Shown in pieces: positions 33,668-45,461 of a DNA stretch of 64,000 nt; the stretch's first letter is position 1; every line of letters starts with the position of its first letter. The notes beneath the pieces are model-generated. The model had not been told where the DNA came from. It worked only from the letters and a program-made list of their open reading frames with translations, and searched no databases. Source of the DNA: Zancudomyces culisetae HAW-14-8 (lineage: Eukaryota > Fungi > Kickxellomycota); assembly GCA_052426225.1 (NCBI GenBank), contig JBNJNM010000009.1:248001-312000 (forward strand). The letters run 5' to 3'. The translations under genes and the position numbers were made by a program.

Positions 33668-35790
33668 TTAGAGAAGAAACCCAACCAATGCTGTTTCTCT
33701 CCGCTGAACTATCCTATCTCTCTTTTTGACCTCTTTTTCTATCCTTTTAACGCGATCAGGTCTGATATCATCTATGTTTCATAGCATTAGACGTAAAAGA
33801 AATAAGATAATAAAAACATTATTATTATACTTGTATTCATAATCGCGGAGCGGTGCTACAAGCTACTAGCTTTTTATTTTCATGTAAATGTTTTTTTTTT
33901 TGCTTACCACACGTGATAATGTTACTTTCATTAACAACAACTCCTCTTGTCAAGTTGGTTAGGCATTGCAAAAATTTGCCTGGTTTATCGAGATTGCAAT
34001 ACCGCGCTTTCTATTTGTATAATTATGACAAATAAACTCTCATTCAGTGTATATTCATACGTAGTTGATGATAACTATCTAAAAAGCTCAAAGGTGATCG
34101 TGATCGTGATCGTGACCATTAACATCTGTTTTTTTCAGATTTTTTTTGATTACCTCAAATACTCCAAATTTTATCTTGCTTGTCTCATTGGAATCCTTTC
34201 CGAGTACTTTGTATTTTACCGACATGCCTGGCTTCATACAGAATGGACACCTATTGTTATTTCAACATAATGTTATATACTTCCTCTCCGTTCCTTTCCC
34301 AAGAAAATAAACTATTTTCTGGTGGGAAACCGATTCCATCCTTTTTTTTTCAAAAAAAAAAACATCAACAAAATATATAACCAAGCTTGGAAATAAAAGT
34401 GGGCTTGAATGGCTTACAATATGGGTTCTGGTTTTGAAACTGTTCTTTTCAGTTGAACAAAACACTCTGTACATATATACTGTGCACAACAGGCCGTCGA
34501 ATTCAGCCTTTGTTTATAATACATTAGACAAATGGGACACTCTATGCTACATGCCAGCTCACACTCTTTGGCTTTCAAAAACTCATCTTTGTGCTGGTTA
34601 ACTGATTCAGATTCACTCAAACTTGCTGGTCGTGTTTTTTCTGGTATTTTGGGTTTTTGATTTTCCACTTGAGCAGGTGGTCCTAAAATGCTGTAGGAGG
34701 AATATGTATTGTATTTTATAGATTCCTCCATTCCCTCCGAGCTGTTATGACCGCTACTCGTCTTTATCACATTGGTTGTAATTTGAATAATCTGTATAGG
34801 GCTTGCATGAGCACCGACTAATTTGCTATTTATTACATCTCTTTTTTCTTTATCAGTATAATGCGAATCCAAAACTAACGAGGTTTGGTCACTATTCCTG
34901 TGCCCGGAGTTATTACTATCTCTACAATCATTGTTATTACTCTCTACAGGTAATGTATCGGCACATGCACCACATTTGGAAAGTTGTTGATGTTGGGTAT
35001 TACGATGTGACGAAAGGTCTGTGTATCCTCTGTCTCTACCTCTCTCTGTGCCATTGCCTCCATCGTTATAGTGAGGTCCTTGTTCCCATCCCCCATTTTT
35101 TTCACTATCACCTCCACCTTTTCTTTGGTGATGTGTACATATATCGTAGTCTTGGCTGTTCTCCAATACTTTGCCATGAAAATCCGAATTATCAACATTT
35201 TTTTCTGTGTTATTACCACCAGGGATTGCAAGTGAATTACTACTGTGACTCTGGTTGCACAATCCTTCTTCTACACTGTGGCACCTATTTGCGGAAACCC
35301 TTTTTTTACCTACACGTTCGTTGTGGTTTCTACTACCAATAGTTCTTGCTTGTCTTTTTCCTATATTAATTATTACCTCCTGCTTTCTTCCTATTCTGCT
35401 TCGGACGAAACGAAAAAACCTTCCAGCAAACTTTAACAATATCTCACGAATTCCTCTACCACTATTGCAACCAACGTTATTCTTCCCTGCAGATATTTTT
35501 TTTTGTGTATTGTTTTTATTCTTGTTGATTTTTTTATGTGTACCCTTTTTGATATCTTCAAAACTAGTATTATTTCCAGTGACAGAAAAAAAATGGGCTT
35601 GGTTTAGTTCTAAACTAACACTACTTCCCTCGCTTAAACTACCCTGGTAAAATGGTGCGAGTTTTCCGTCTGCTATAAGTCTTCTGACTACCTTTATATC
35701 AAAATCCTGTTGATTCTCAGGATATATTCCTTTTGGTTCAAACCAATCTTTATTTGTCTTTGTTGATCTGCTATTCATTAGTGCAAGCAT
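33668..35790 (-). CDS. SIP5: Sip5-like RING protein, 4 exons (35790-34418, 34250-34154, 34010-33908, 33771-33668), 558 aa
   Basis: [27 protein letters not shown] and [30 protein letters not shown]. Splicing three GT-AG introns in phase restores CPFC and the conserved IITCDDIRPD motif missing from the ORF track. Confidence 0.88.
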
Positions 35791-37868
35791 GGGTTGTTAT
35801 TGATACTATCCTGCTTCATTAAAAGCTCCTGCCCGTATATTTAATAATTTTTCCTTAGGAATGGCGGGAGAGGAAGGAGGTTGCTGTATTGTATTATTAT
35901 CACCAAAGTTTATAATTAGCTACACGCTTTTTTTTTTTGGCCTGTATACTTATATTTATGCCAGTATTGTTGATATTAATGGTTAATAGATATACGATTT
36001 GTCGAATACAAATATTTATTAACAACCACTTGTACACTTTTGCAAATGCGTTCTTTTCCGAGGGGGGGGGGGTGTTTTAAGTTTCCTGCGGTAAGTATAA
36101 AATTTTAAATAAGACACTTCCACTACTATACACGAGTATTACGCATTAACTATTAAATACGCAGCCAGTGGTTCTCTCCTAGGTTAGATTGTTTACTGTT
36201 CTAGCACTAGCTCAATTTTTATCTTTTATTTTTCAAGACTTTAGACACTTTGTTTATTAGTATAGGTCTTGTGTATTATTCCAATGTTTTAAGTGTCTAT
36301 CTATATATTTATACTTATCAGTGTAACCTGTATCTTCGAGGTGCACAGTTCGGTCAAAATACCAATTCCTCGTATCTTTGATTATTCTATGAAAAACAGC
36401 GAGCTTGCAAACAACAGCCTTGTGTGTTACTATTTCTTTAGGTATACTTTTTAGCCACCAATTATCGAGTTGTATTGTTTGAGTATTCGTTTCGAAAATA
36501 CGCGTTTTTATTTCATTTCAGTTTATTACGTTTGGTACTGCTACTAAAACTACTATCATCCAGCTAATTTCTCTCTGAAACTGTTGATAGCATGAATAGC
36601 CGCTATTGATATTATTATTGAGTATGAGTATGTGGTCTTGCCTCTTATTTTACTTGCAACTTAGAAATGTTGTTTAAACCTTGATAAATAGATAAAAATA
36701 GAGTGTTGTAGTCAAACAAATATTGTTTTCAAAAAAAAGATTCTATATGGAAAATGGAAAACGGAAAATGGAAAATGAAAAGTTTGTGCAGTGTAATGGC
36801 TAAAATGAACAAAATAATGTAGTGATTTTTATAACAGAAGTTGATACATAACAAACTTGATTCAGTAAATCCTAATTTTACAACGGCACTCAACATAGTC
36901 TGAACATGTTTGGTTATGGCTATGATAGGAGCAATAGCAATAGGTTAGAGAAAGGTCACGCACCCCCTCAAACTCGCTTTTCTTGTGCTTTCTTACATCA
37001 GATGGCAAAATTAATTGTGCAAACAAAATCTTCGCTTTCCATTTGGTTAAAACAAATAATTATGCACTGAAATTAATTTTAATAGTAACCCACAATTGTT
37101 ATATTTAAACCGCCAATGGAGTGTCTTAGTGCTCGTTTTGTTACTTTACAACACTTCCGAGTTTTATCATCGGACAGGTCAGTATTAACAACTTGGTATG
37201 CATATCTAACGCTTGATCTCCTCTCCCTCCTTCATACCACAACAAAAAAAACATCGGTCTTGTTGGTGTTATTGAATGTAGTATATACTTTGATTTGGTT
37301 TTTTATAGTATTTTGAATTGCCAAGCTGATGTAGATATGTAAAAATCATACTCAGAATAATTATGACATAAATATAACTGGAGGGCACTTGTGAAATGAA
37401 GCTGGCAATATCAATAAACATTAAAACACCGCTGGTTCCAACTATACTACAATTAAACTAAAATTTACTCAGGGACTACAAAAGGGTTAAAAAGGTTGCT
37501 ATCGAGGTGAATCCATCATGGTATGGGGACCAACGCTAGAGCTGGGTAAGAATAAACATACATCTTTATTTACAAAACGTACGCAGGCACCTGCAAAGTA
37601 AACATAAACTTTTAAATAAAATACTCTAATAGAATATTTAAAAACTGGTGCAACTGTAATAGAGCACTCGTTTTTTCAAAGATAGGAGAGTATTTGATTG
37701 CTACTTGAGAACTATTAACCTCGACCTCTTCCTCCTCTGCCCCCCCCCCCAATAGAAGAACTGAAATAAAGTGTCTAAAAATGATAAATAAGTTTACTAA
37801 TTGTACAGATAAAACTCAGCATGTGTCTAGATGAAATCAGCCAATGTAGCTCCTGAAGTGCGTGGTTT

Positions 37869-40800
37869 CTAGTCAGAATCCCCGGAAAATGAAGAGTATG
37901 GTTCATCAAAATCGTAGAAGGAACTAGAGCTTCTATTGCTACCCACAGTTGAAAAGGCTCGCCTGTTGTAAACATTTTGAAGTGGGTATCCTAGTACTTC
38001 GTACTGGGCAGGATTGTCAAACCCCTCAAAGGACGTGAACTTGGGCGCCAATATTAGGGGAGAATGTTGCTGTAATAAACTCGGAGCAGAGGAAAACGAT
38101 TTATCTGTGTCATTTTGTAGCTCAGGTACCGTGTAATTTGCAACGGAAGCCCCAGGTATTTTGTTTTGAATGTTAGAATGATTAGTATCATCATCATCAT
38201 CATCATCATTTATGGAACCATCGTTATCGATATCATTTTTATCGTCGCCTTCACCACTGCGATCGCTATCAAGGGATGAAAGTGAGGAAAATGATGAAAA
38301 CGATGAAGTTGATGAAATAGACGAATGGGAATCACGTCTTGTACCCCTTCGAGTTGCTTCTTTCTTGTGCTGGATGGAAAGACCTTCTGGTTGGTAATTC
38401 CCACTAATGTTGACCTTTTCGCAGTCAGAATCCAACTTTTTGTATACAGCATCAGCGCCATCGACATTTTTGGTGTGGGTCGGTTTCAAAAGTCCCAATT
38501 TTAGGTCTACTTCAAGAGCACACTTGACGTGTACGCTGAGCATCAACCTACCCAAAAATGAAACGATTTCATTGTTTACATCTGTGTGCGGCGTTGGCTC
38601 GGCAAGTAGAAAAACATCAAAATCAAATCTATCGATCTTTACATTAACGGAATTTGGGGTAAGGAATGAAGTAGCTGTAGAGTTATGGCCCTTGTGTAAC
38701 ATTTTGTCAAAAACATTCAAGCTTCCGGTATCAGGAGGATTGTTATAGATGTTTGAAATTATTCTCAAAATGTTCAGAGAGCTTCTGGTATCAGTACTAC
38801 TCAGCAAAGGAAATGAATCGACAATATTTTTGATGGCCAAATAACATGCATACATTAGTGCACCATTAAAAATAAAAAATTGATCGGGATCCTTTAAGAA
38901 ATCCGGAATAGTAGTGCAACTGTCCGATATATCAACAATGTTCACCAGATTGTTGGTGATGGCATTAAGTGCATTGGTGTATGAGTTACGCAAAGATGTG
39001 ATATCATTCAGCGAGTTGATCTTAGAGGGACGCAAAGGCCTATCCTCGACTCCGTCAATCTGGTAATTAAACGAAGTTGGGGGAGTATTTTCAAGAGAGG
39101 GCAAGTCAAGTTCATCACTTGGTTTTAAAAAAATAAAGCCCTTTTTCTGATGAACAGAGATGAGGTTGGTCCAGACACCAAATGAATCATCCGAATGTTT
39201 GACATTTGCATTTTTGTCGTGACTCACAGAAGATTGGATAATGCGATCAATCACGGTTTTAAATCTATTAACAATGATGCCGACTAGCTGTTGATACAGT
39301 CGCTTTAAGGACAGACAGTATATTAGATACATGAGTATTTGGGTATTTAGTGGTTTTAATGTCATTTGTTTCTGCCTGCCTAAATTTGCCAGCTCAAGCA
39401 GGGTATCGTAGATTCTAAGACAATTCAACGCGTTGTCCGTGTCAGTTGTACCAAAGTCACTCTTGTCGATATCAACATTTTGTATTTCGTCATTTACAAG
39501 AACGTCCTTAAACCTTGTGTACAGCAGGTTTGTACTGAAACCTAAAAAGTAAACGCCACTGGGGTTTCCAGTATCCAGAAAACCTATAATGCTCAAAACA
39601 TCTTTGAATTTGAGTAAGGATAACTTCGACATTTCAGCTGGGAGTTGGTTAGCAAATAGCTTTGGCTTTTTAAAGAATCTGCTGGGAAAACTCTGCTCAA
39701 AGTCCCTAACCAGTGATGAAAGCTTTGGGCTTTTGTTTGTACTATATCTCCCATTGGCTGAGCTAGAAGTAATATCTTCTGAACTGAACTTGCTGTTTGG
39801 TTCAGCGGCAGTGGAAACCGAGCCCAGGGTGCCCATACTCCCGTTCATGACCTCGTCTCTGTATTCGTCTCCATACTCGTCATCATCATCCTCATCTTCG
39901 TAGTTTTCGTCAAATTCACCATCCTCAGAATCGTATTCTTTATTTCCTGTGTCTCCATTGTGAACAACTGTATGCTGTTCCACATACTCCATCATGGATG
40001 GTTTTTCTCTTTCATAATTTTGTCCACTACTCCCTGCTTGTCTGTTATTGCTAGACCCATTTATATTAGGGGGTGTGGAGGATACATCATTATCATGGTA
40101 AAGTATCATATTAATCATTTGACCTATTGATGTTGTTCCTACTTTGGACACATTATCGATCTTTTTCTCTTTTTTTACTTTTGCTCCTGTATCTTCCTCC
40201 TCCTCTACTTCTAAATCTACTTCTACCTCAGCATCGCTTACGTCCGCGCCCGCCGTTTTTTGTGAGGGCGAGATGTTGTGAGTAAAAGAGTTTTCAATAG
40301 AAAAGCTTGATTCATCTTGGGAATAGTCTGTGGAGTAATCACTATCGTCTGAACAATGGGAAAATCTTCCAATAGACATAGTGCTTTTGTTCAGCGACCT
40401 TTTCGACATTGCCAAAACATTCGGCTCATAGACAGAGAAGATTCTGCTGTACTGTTTGGCGTGTTTGTCTATTGGTGTGGCTGTGTCAACCGGTGTCAGC
40501 GGAAAATCGTTTAGGAGACTTGTGGATCCAGCTATTTTGGTGAATACGAGCGAAGCGCCTCTTGTACTCCGATTTTTAGGTGAAATACTTTTGTTGTACG
40601 TACTAGTACCAATAGATAAACCATGAACATCTATAAGTTTCTTTGCATCGATTTCATTAGTACCCTCGTCTTGATGAATTGATTTATTTAGCTTTGCATC
40701 GGAATGTTCCCAAGAATTGAAGGTAGAAAAAGTGTTTTCGTCTTCAAGGTGTTCAACAATAGAATCGATGTTCTGGGCACCACTTAGCCCTTCACCGTCA

Positions 40801-43181
40801 TTCTGTGTGGATAGTTTAGCGCTACTGCCATGCGAAGTTTTATCAAAAAGATTTTTCTCTGTGGGCTTGTACGCACTGGACTGCTCCCTTGATGTAAGTA
40901 ATGCACGCTTTTCTTTTGCAATAGCATATAAGCTTTGATGAAGAACTTTGGCCTTTGATGACGAGTCAGCCGTGTATATTCTACTATAATTTTTGTCGAA
41001 ACTACCATCGAATCCCTCAGAAACTATACCGTTGTTGAGTTCAATATCTTTACCCACCGGTATGTTACCCTCTATGTGTGGCGGTGGATCATTGTGACCA
41101 TTCGCACTTATTTTCATATTCATGTTCGTGTCTATACACAACTTTTCACCTCTGCTTTGTCTAGCATTCACAAATTTACGTTTGATGCTAATTCCGCGGG
41201 TTTTCTGCAATCCGATCTCGCTAACTATATCTTTGCCTATAAAAACAGAAGTACGTTGTACAGATATATCAGAGTCTGAGGCGTATAGCTTGCTTTCTCG
41301 TATTTTTACTCCGCTTTCCATCAAATACATTGATTTTTGGTGTGCTAAAACGAGTTCGCCCTTACTTTCATTAAGAATGTTGTGTGTTAGCTTTGGGGAA
41401 TTTTCGGTTGTGACATTGACAGCTCTATAATGGTTATGCGACTCTGTACCTTGGCGACTATTGCCTGATCTGCTAGAGCTAAAATCATATGTGTTTCGCT
41501 CGCTCAAAAAGACATCTAGTGCTGCAGACTGCGTTTTGATATCATAGCTATCTCTTCGGTCGTTCTTCATTGATTGTGACAGCCTTATGCTATTATTGCG
41601 TTTGCTAATTCTTCTGCTTATACTCTTGTTATTCTTTTCTCCATGAGATGCCTTTGACATGTTTCTCAACAATGTACCATTTACAAGTTTGCCTGGTATA
41701 CTAATTATTTTACGCGACTCGTATACAGAAACTGAGTGAGTTGAACTGTCTTTGTCCTTTCCAAGCAAACTGGATGAGATACCATTGCCCACTTCCCAAT
41801 CAAACGATGCTGAATCGGCATTTACTGCTGCTTGTCTTTTGTAGGCGCTTTCTCTTTGTATTGGTCTTGAGTATATGTCTGACTCTTCACTTAAATTGTC
41901 AATAGATGTACCATGACTACTATCATATTCCATGTCTTCCAGTATCTCTGTAGGAGACTGTGTGTGAACGTGTGAGCGCCTAACCAAGAGGTGTTTTGAA
42001 ACACCCATAACTTTGGATATGATCTCGGGACTACCTCCGTCGTAATATACTGCGTTCGACATCCTATTCTCAAAATACCTTTCAAATACCGCCTTTTTTA
42101 CCCTATCTTCATCGAAAATTACTACCATTGGAATGGTCTCAACAACAGACATACTTTTCTTTGCAAGCTCATCGATACCTTTGTGCATACTCATCCTATT
42201 TGACCCACGATTTTTCCCTAGTGACATTGACGCGCGTCTTGTGCGTCTCTTGTTGAAAAAAAACGTAAACCGATTGTTTTTTGTAGACGATTTGGTAGTC
42301 GGTCCCGAAATTGCTGCGGTTTTTGTGTCATGGTCATTATAAGCGGGTGTTTTGTACTTCACTTTACCCGATGGCTTTTTTTTTTGTTTATGTGAAAAAT
42401 AGAGACAATTTGTAACAGCATGACTATTTCTCTCATCGCTCAATCTATAAGTCACACTATGGCTTGCATGGCTAGATTCGTTTTGGTTCGGCAAAAGAAA
42501 CAAATTTTCATTCTGTTTAGTGTTCTCTTGTTTGCCTAGGTTCTTAGACCCGCTTGGTGGTGATTCGGTTGGTAGATACGAGTTTCCACTATCTACATCG
42601 ACATTACAGCCAACCTTGGGCGCGGATCTATTTTCCATCTCATTATGTTGATTTTCTTTGGGTTTTTTGACAAAAAGATCCCCTTCTGGACCTGGTAGTT
42701 TTATATCGTTTGTGAGAACCCCACCTCCATAGGAACGACGGTCTGTATATTGATGAATTGTTGTATTATTTACATGCCTTGATGTACTTGGTATTGATGT
42801 ACTTGGTATTGATGCTGGTGTTGGTGTTGGTGTTGGTATAGTAGTATCTATATATGTCATCATTGTTTTTTTGGGGGTTTTTTGCTTTGTATTGCATAAA
42901 ACACAGTCAAGTATGCTACTTGTATTGGTATGCGTAGATCTATTTGCAATACTCTTAATAACTCTTCTGCTGCGAATACTGCGCGCGTTTTTGTGACTTC
43001 TTTTCCCACTTTTTTGCGAGGTAGAGGCAAATCCAACAAACGGGTTAGATAGAATCTGCAAATTTGCATACAATGAGGATGGGTTGTTTTTAGCCTCTAG
43101 GATTACTTTTCTTATACTTGAACTTGGTGATGGCCTAACTCTTTTTTTTCTTTGCAATTTTTTCGATTTGATGTTTACCAT
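37869..43181 (-). CDS. Large hypothetical protein, 1770 aa, intronless; disordered S/K/D-rich arms with a probable helical domain at ~aa 1170-1590
   Basis: 5.3-kb uninterrupted ORF; no family recognised. Confidence 0.8.
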   Translation of the reverse strand: MVNIKSKKLQRKKRVRPSPSSSIRKVILEAKNNPSSLYANLQILSNPFVGFASTSQKSGKRSHKNARSIRSRRVIKSIANRSTHTNTSSILDCVLCNTKQKTPKKTMMTYIDTTIPTPTPTPASIPSTSIPSTSRHVNNTTIHQYTDRRSYGGGVLTNDIKLPGPEGDLFVKKPKENQHNEMENRSAPKVGCNVDVDSGNSYLPTESPPSGSKNLGKQENTKQNENLFLLPNQNESSHASHSVTYRLSDERNSHAVTNCLYFSHKQKKKPSGKVKYKTPAYNDHDTKTAAISGPTTKSSTKNNRFTFFFNKRRTRRASMSLGKNRGSNRMSMHKGIDELAKKSMSVVETIPMVVIFDEDRVKKAVFERYFENRMSNAVYYDGGSPEIISKVMGVSKHLLVRRSHVHTQSPTEILEDMEYDSSHGTSIDNLSEESDIYSRPIQRESAYKRQAAVNADSASFDWEVGNGISSSLLGKDKDSSTHSVSVYESRKIISIPGKLVNGTLLRNMSKASHGEKNNKSISRRISKRNNSIRLSQSMKNDRRDSYDIKTQSAALDVFLSERNTYDFSSSRSGNSRQGTESHNHYRAVNVTTENSPKLTHNILNESKGELVLAHQKSMYLMESGVKIRESKLYASDSDISVQRTSVFIGKDIVSEIGLQKTRGISIKRKFVNARQSRGEKLCIDTNMNMKISANGHNDPPPHIEGNIPVGKDIELNNGIVSEGFDGSFDKNYSRIYTADSSSKAKVLHQSLYAIAKEKRALLTSREQSSAYKPTEKNLFDKTSHGSSAKLSTQNDGEGLSGAQNIDSIVEHLEDENTFSTFNSWEHSDAKLNKSIHQDEGTNEIDAKKLIDVHGLSIGTSTYNKSISPKNRSTRGASLVFTKIAGSTSLLNDFPLTPVDTATPIDKHAKQYSRIFSVYEPNVLAMSKRSLNKSTMSIGRFSHCSDDSDYSTDYSQDESSFSIENSFTHNISPSQKTAGADVSDAEVEVDLEVEEEEDTGAKVKKEKKIDNVSKVGTTSIGQMINMILYHDNDVSSTPPNINGSSNNRQAGSSGQNYEREKPSMMEYVEQHTVVHNGDTGNKEYDSEDGEFDENYEDEDDDDEYGDEYRDEVMNGSMGTLGSVSTAAEPNSKFSSEDITSSSANGRYSTNKSPKLSSLVRDFEQSFPSRFFKKPKLFANQLPAEMSKLSLLKFKDVLSIIGFLDTGNPSGVYFLGFSTNLLYTRFKDVLVNDEIQNVDIDKSDFGTTDTDNALNCLRIYDTLLELANLGRQKQMTLKPLNTQILMYLIYCLSLKRLYQQLVGIIVNRFKTVIDRIIQSSVSHDKNANVKHSDDSFGVWTNLISVHQKKGFIFLKPSDELDLPSLENTPPTSFNYQIDGVEDRPLRPSKINSLNDITSLRNSYTNALNAITNNLVNIVDISDSCTTIPDFLKDPDQFFIFNGALMYACYLAIKNIVDSFPLLSSTDTRSSLNILRIISNIYNNPPDTGSLNVFDKMLHKGHNSTATSFLTPNSVNVKIDRFDFDVFLLAEPTPHTDVNNEIVSFLGRLMLSVHVKCALEVDLKLGLLKPTHTKNVDGADAVYKKLDSDCEKVNISGNYQPEGLSIQHKKEATRRGTRRDSHSSISSTSSFSSFSSLSSLDSDRSGEGDDKNDIDNDGSINDDDDDDDTNHSNIQNKIPGASVANYTVPELQNDTDKSFSSAPSLLQQHSPLILAPKFTSFEGFDNPAQYEVLGYPLQNVYNRRAFSTVGSNRSSSSFYDFDEPYSSFSGDSD

Positions 43182-44361
43182 GTTTTATGCGTTACCTATG
43201 CTCATATCTCCTTTTTCTATTTTGCAGTATAAAATATAGAAATGGAGAATAACAGCAAGAGGATAAACAAAAAGCACCCCCAAATTTAAAATGTATTGCT
43301 ATTAGTGGGTACCTCTCAATTTTCTACTAGCGCAAGTGGTGTGGTATCGTCAATCTAGAGACAAAAAAATAATGTTATGAGCTTGATAATATTTACCTTG
43401 ACCTTACTGTTATAAGTAGATGTATTGTTGGATGTATTCAAATTTTGTTCTTTTCTATGAATATAAAGGATACTCCTACTCGGAAGATTGCTGTTTCTAG
43501 TTATCTGGGCAAGGAATGCTCTTATTCACAAGAAGTATCTATAAATATGCATATACGCCAGATAGATAAGCACAGTTGTCGGATATCGTAGTATTCGCCT
43601 TTTATTGGTGTCGGTTTTGGTGTTGGATGCGTTTTATTTTTATGTTCTTATGCCCTTATGTTTGCTTTTTTATTCTTTTGCGTCCCGTAAAAAATTTGTA
43701 GTGTGTCGTCGAGTTTTTAATGTCTAGAATGTGTGGATACCAGTTTTTTTTTTTGCATATAATACAGTTCTGTTACACTATTGTAACCTTCTTTGGTATT
43801 CCTACGTGTTTCTTTTTTTATTTATTATTCCTTTCAAGTATTAAAAGCCTTGGATGATTGATTTTTTATATATTTTATTTTAGGTAGGTAGATAGAGTTA
43901 GGTGTAATGGTCGAGCCTTTGACTTCTCTTTTTTTTTTGTTTATTTTGTGATATTGTGATACTGGTTGCGATGTATAGTGCCAGATTGTGTTTTATATAT
44001 ATGATTCTAGTATTTTTCCGCTTAAAATTTTTTTTTCCAAAACAGTACAATATATCTCTCATTGCCATCTGCATTAGTTTGAAACTGGTTTAATAAAGTG
44101 CAAAAAAAAAGAATCAATGTTTATTTGATATCATTTACATAATATTCGTCTATTTCGATGGTTACTGGAAAGAAAAATAAAAACGAACCTAAAAAAGATA
44201 GGGCTCGATAATAATCCACATTAGTACTGTAATGGTGCACAGTATTTGTCAGAATACTTGTAATGGGTACATAACCAAAGAAAGCAGGTTAACCTTTCAT
44301 AATTTATTCTATCTTTGTCTATACTTTGTGAAGCGAAGTTGGTTTTGATTTCATTTTTTGA

Positions 44362-44393
44362 GGGAAAGGGGGAGGAGGGAGGAGGGAGGAGGG
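44362..44393 (+). other. Potential G-quadruplex / polypurine tract
   Basis: GGG-AAA-GGGGG-AGGA-GGG-AGGA-GGG-AGGA-GGG in an otherwise AT-rich intergenic region. Confidence 0.4.
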
Positions 44394-45461
44394 AGGACGA
44401 AGGGGGGGCGATAAACTTCATCTGGGTTATTTTTCTATTTATTTGGGATTGTACATAATCTGAAATGATTTTTTTCCCATTATTTTTAAAAAAATATAAT
44501 TAAAATTCTATTTTTAGAGTATTGCCTAATAATCAAAATCCGACTTTAATTTAACCAAACTTGGGCAATTTAAATAAAAAATAAACCAGTACAATGTATA
44601 TTATTGATTAAATTACAGAAGCTGGAGCGGAAAATGGAAATGGAAAAAAACTGATAAAATCATTTGCTGAATAAAAAGCAAGTAACTTGATATTACAACC
44701 TAAATATCTATGCCATAACAAACACCCTGCATTTGCCTGTAAGCACAACTGCATATGCATTAATGTCTATGTTTGCCATCAGAGATACTTTTTTGCGCGC
44801 ACTTCCAAGGCAAGTTACACCAGCTGAATCCAAATGCTCTTGGTAAGCTCGGAAACTTATAACATTTATTACAATTTTCGGAACCAAAACTTCTCTCCAG
44901 CTAACACTGAACCTGACAGCGGACAAATCAGAGTATTCCAGGCACCAACCCAATTAAATAAGTAAAAAAAAACGTCTATTCAACACGAAATTGCGTTCAT
45001 TTACGCTCCAACTCTGAAAGGCTTGCCTCATTCTAATTTATTTCTTTTTAACATTTGCAATTATATCCGGTGCAATTACTTTTTTTTTTTACCATCCTGC
45101 TTTTTTTAATAGCGAATACGACCACCTCTAATCGTTCAACAGGTTTTAATGGATTCTTATTCTAGTCTATTAAAGAAAAAAATAGTTCTAATCAACTATA
45201 TTTACTTGGGTCAAAATAAACAGAGTTACCCATGTATCGGCTTAAATACATTGTCTTTATATATATCATAACATAAGATCACAAGTAATCCAAACATGTT
45301 AACAAAACATCTTTTCAAAAAAAAAAAAAATAAGGGGTGAAGAGATAAAAATCGAAACAAGAGGAGAGGTAAAAGAACAAGACCTTACAAGTAAGCAAGT
45401 CGTTACGGATACTTGTGAATTAACGCAGGTCTATTAAATAGAATTTGCAACACGACATAAG

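Noticed and set aside
37470-37600. Exon/intron-like signals (CAG|..GG|GTAAGA..CGCAG)
   Set aside because: All frames contain stops; no coherent gene model.
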